A DNA stretch of 63,136 bases, the filler included, from Asterionella formosa (lineage: Eukaryota), in the NCBI GenBank assembly GCA_002256025.1. It is 19 parts of 19 records of this genome, joined end to end, with 100 filler letters (N's around TTAATTAATTAA, not from the genome) between each part and the next. Parts side by side here need not be neighbours in the genome. Positions count along the whole stretch, not along the records: positions 59,430 to 61,233 come from NKIB01001150.1; positions 61,334 to 63,136 come from NKIB01001151.1; 17 more parts are not named here. One strand, given 5' to 3'. The notes beneath the pieces are model-generated. The model ran no database searches. It had not been told where the DNA came from and worked only from the letters and a program-made list of their open reading frames with translations. The translations under genes and the position numbers were made by a program. Positions 60,852 to 63,136 of this stretch are shown in pieces; positions within the stretch are counted from its first letter, which is position 1; each line of letters starts with the position of its first letter.

Positions 60852-61333
60852 TACTACTACCGGTAACTGATAATGATTGATGTTACGGTAGATACCTTTA
60901 GAAGGAAACGAGTGGAGGGCAACAAATATTGCATTTATTTTGTGTCCAGCCACGTCAAAATTCTCTACTCTGAATTATTATATGCAAAAGAATATCTATA
61001 CTAAGGCGTACGTACCCTACTACATTGAAGATTCACGTTGCTTGTAACCAACCATATGGACCAGTCGTTCGTACGGTCCCAGACGTGCACTTTGCAACAA
61101 CAAGAATGTGCAATCCACGCATGCGGTATTTCATTCTTGGGTCGTCGCTCATGCATCCTCTGGATTTCGCCATGGACAGAGCATATAATAGGCCGATTTA
61201 TGTCCTGGTATGCATGAGCAACACCTGATACCGNNNNNNNNNNNNNNNNNNNNNNNNNNNNNNNNNNNNNNNNNNNNTTAATTAATTAANNNNNNNNNNN
61301 NNNNNNNNNNNNNNNNNNNNNNNNNNNNNNNNN

Positions 61334-63136
61334 GTGAAGAAGGTAGTTTTTGCAGTATTTGGGGTGATGGGAGTTTGTCTTCTAGGGGTCATGTACATGT
61401 AGTGCTAAGGACCTAATCTAGAGTCTAGAGACCATTATGAACTGCTTATGAATACACTTACTACCTGGTACCGTTACAGGACAAGGTGTACTATGCTGTC
61501 CGCAATCTATGTATGAGAGAACATTGAAAATTAACTTCGTCCAGTATACTACGACCGGTATAATACGACCGGTATACTCCTACCGGTACGAGTATGACAT
61601 ACCGGTACTCGGACCTGTCCATATTTTTGTGAATGGTTCACATACATTGTTGATTAATTAATATGTGTTTTGTATACACACATGCGGACAAATATTCGCA
61701 AAAGTCGGACTTTCCCGGAACTCCCAGGGTGTACAATCATACCCGCCACGCAGTAGGATGCTGGATCGCAAGACGAAGTTGTATTCCATATGACTATAAA
61801 TATATATGTATACAAGATCCTGTATGTAGAAAACAAGGTTGACAAAAGTACCATGACAGCAAAAGAAAGCATGTGCCGATATAGTAGAGTAACTGGTACA
61901 TGGTACTGGAACCTGTTTCATGATGGTACATTCACAACATTGCTGACCCTTCTTTATATATTGACAGAAGGTTCTCCTCTCCTTTCCTCTCCTTTCCTCT
62001 CACTTCCATTGTCTTGTACTCACAACCAGGTACCCACCACCAAAAGGTAGAAAACAATGAAGGTTTGGTTCCAGTTGTTTCTTGGAAACGCAGGACTATT
62101 GCCAGTTTATGTCACGTTGAATCAGAATGATGTCATTGCTGACTTGATGGAAGCTGTGAAGATTAAATGTGGTGACGATCTTCAAGGTGTTTCCTCAGCG
62201 CGGCTCCGTGTGTGCCCACCTGGAACTCAAGTGCCGGTTCCTGAGGGAGCTGATGATCCAACCATGGATCCTGGAGGTCTGGTTGTTCATCTGAATTGGG
62301 GAACTAGCAGCAAGAATGCGTTCGTGATCGTGATCCTGATCGTGGTCATCCAACCTGATATTGGTACGTGTTTTGATCTCATGGAATACCTTCTATTGTA
62401 TTGTAGGTCACAGCTCCTAATACTCACGTATCATTTCGTATCATTTATCCCATACAAATACTCGCTACTGTTGAAAAGACCAAGGAACGACGAAACGCCA
62501 GAAACAAAATGATGAGCAGGAGGAAGCCTCGACCTTAATATTGCTTATAAAGGAGAAGCTCAACGTTCATTTCAAGCGCTTGAAGGTGGATCAGGAAAAG
62601 CGAATCGTTCCACAGACAATGCATATCTACAAGATTGATCGAAACGAGCTTCCTTTTGAACCTACTTTATCTGATTCTGACGATTCTTTACCTCCTTCTG
62701 ATCCCATTGTTCCCGTCTTTTCCCCCGAAGATAGTTACTGGATGAAAGGGCTCCGAAAAGTGCGGTTTAATGATTGCAAGAGACGGGGAATCTTATATCG
62801 GCCTGAAATTGTGAAGGATATGATGAAAGCGGTTGAAGATGCCTTCAATATAGGTGGTCCGGCTGGAATCATGATTAAGGGACCGCAGGGAATTGGCAAG
62901 TCGCACTCACTTGTTAACTTGATTCGTACGCTGCAATATGACAGTAGCTGCAAGTACCTCGTAACTGTCATTCCAGACTGTCAACATTGGAACGACATTG
63001 ACCATTTGTACACTGCGATCTGCAGTTCATTTGGTACTTCATTATCGGCTCTCTCATGGTCGAGCAGCCCAGGTTCGGTTTCGCAAGAGGAACACCTCAA
63101 AACCTTTGTCAATGCGATTGACTTGATTCTTCGACG
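61334..63136 (+). repeat. Near-identical duplicate of contig 34651-36459
   Basis: Collinear. The coding part reads as identical; upstream DNA differs by substitutions and small indels. Both contigs end at GATTCTTCGACG. Confidence 0.97.
62057..63136 (+). CDS. Crinkler/RHS-like Ubl + P-loop NTPase protein (3' truncated), copy 2
   Basis: Same translation as 35380-36459; intron at 62364-62478. Confidence 0.7.

Overview
Eukaryotic, AT-rich sequence, most likely from a pennate diatom draft assembly (inferred from short GT-AG introns, diatom-type Ty1/copia elements and diatom-typical gene families). It is not one locus: 19 contigs (eighteen of ~1.8 kb and one of 28.8 kb at 3823-32651) are joined by 100-bp N/TTAATTAATTAA spacers. 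A block of intact host genes lies at 20.4-31.7 kb: a secreted Cys/Thr/Lys-rich protein, an Aven-like protein, a PLAC8 protein, a HECT E3 ligase and a Kex1-like carboxypeptidase. Most of the rest is mobile DNA: Ty1/copia and Ty3/gypsy pieces, Plavaka, Mutator-like, PIF/Harbinger and IS630/Tc1-like transposases, MITEs and a miniature LTR element (TRIM). Main observations: (1) copy-specific TA->TA(G/CGG/CCGG)TA micro-insertions, with a 96-bp TA-flanked MITE whose ends match them, suggesting intergenic DNA built from Tc1/mariner excision footprints; (2) a multi-ORF Plavaka-type element spread over four contigs, with a copy-number-variable 92-bp array of palindromes; (3) a TRIM with PBS, PPT and a solo LTR with a 6-bp TSD; (4) a duplicated Crinkler-like Ubl + P-loop NTPase gene; (5) broken host-gene fragments (PGRL1, DUR3, SLC10A7) next to TEs. 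All family assignments come from motif recognition by eye; no searches were run.
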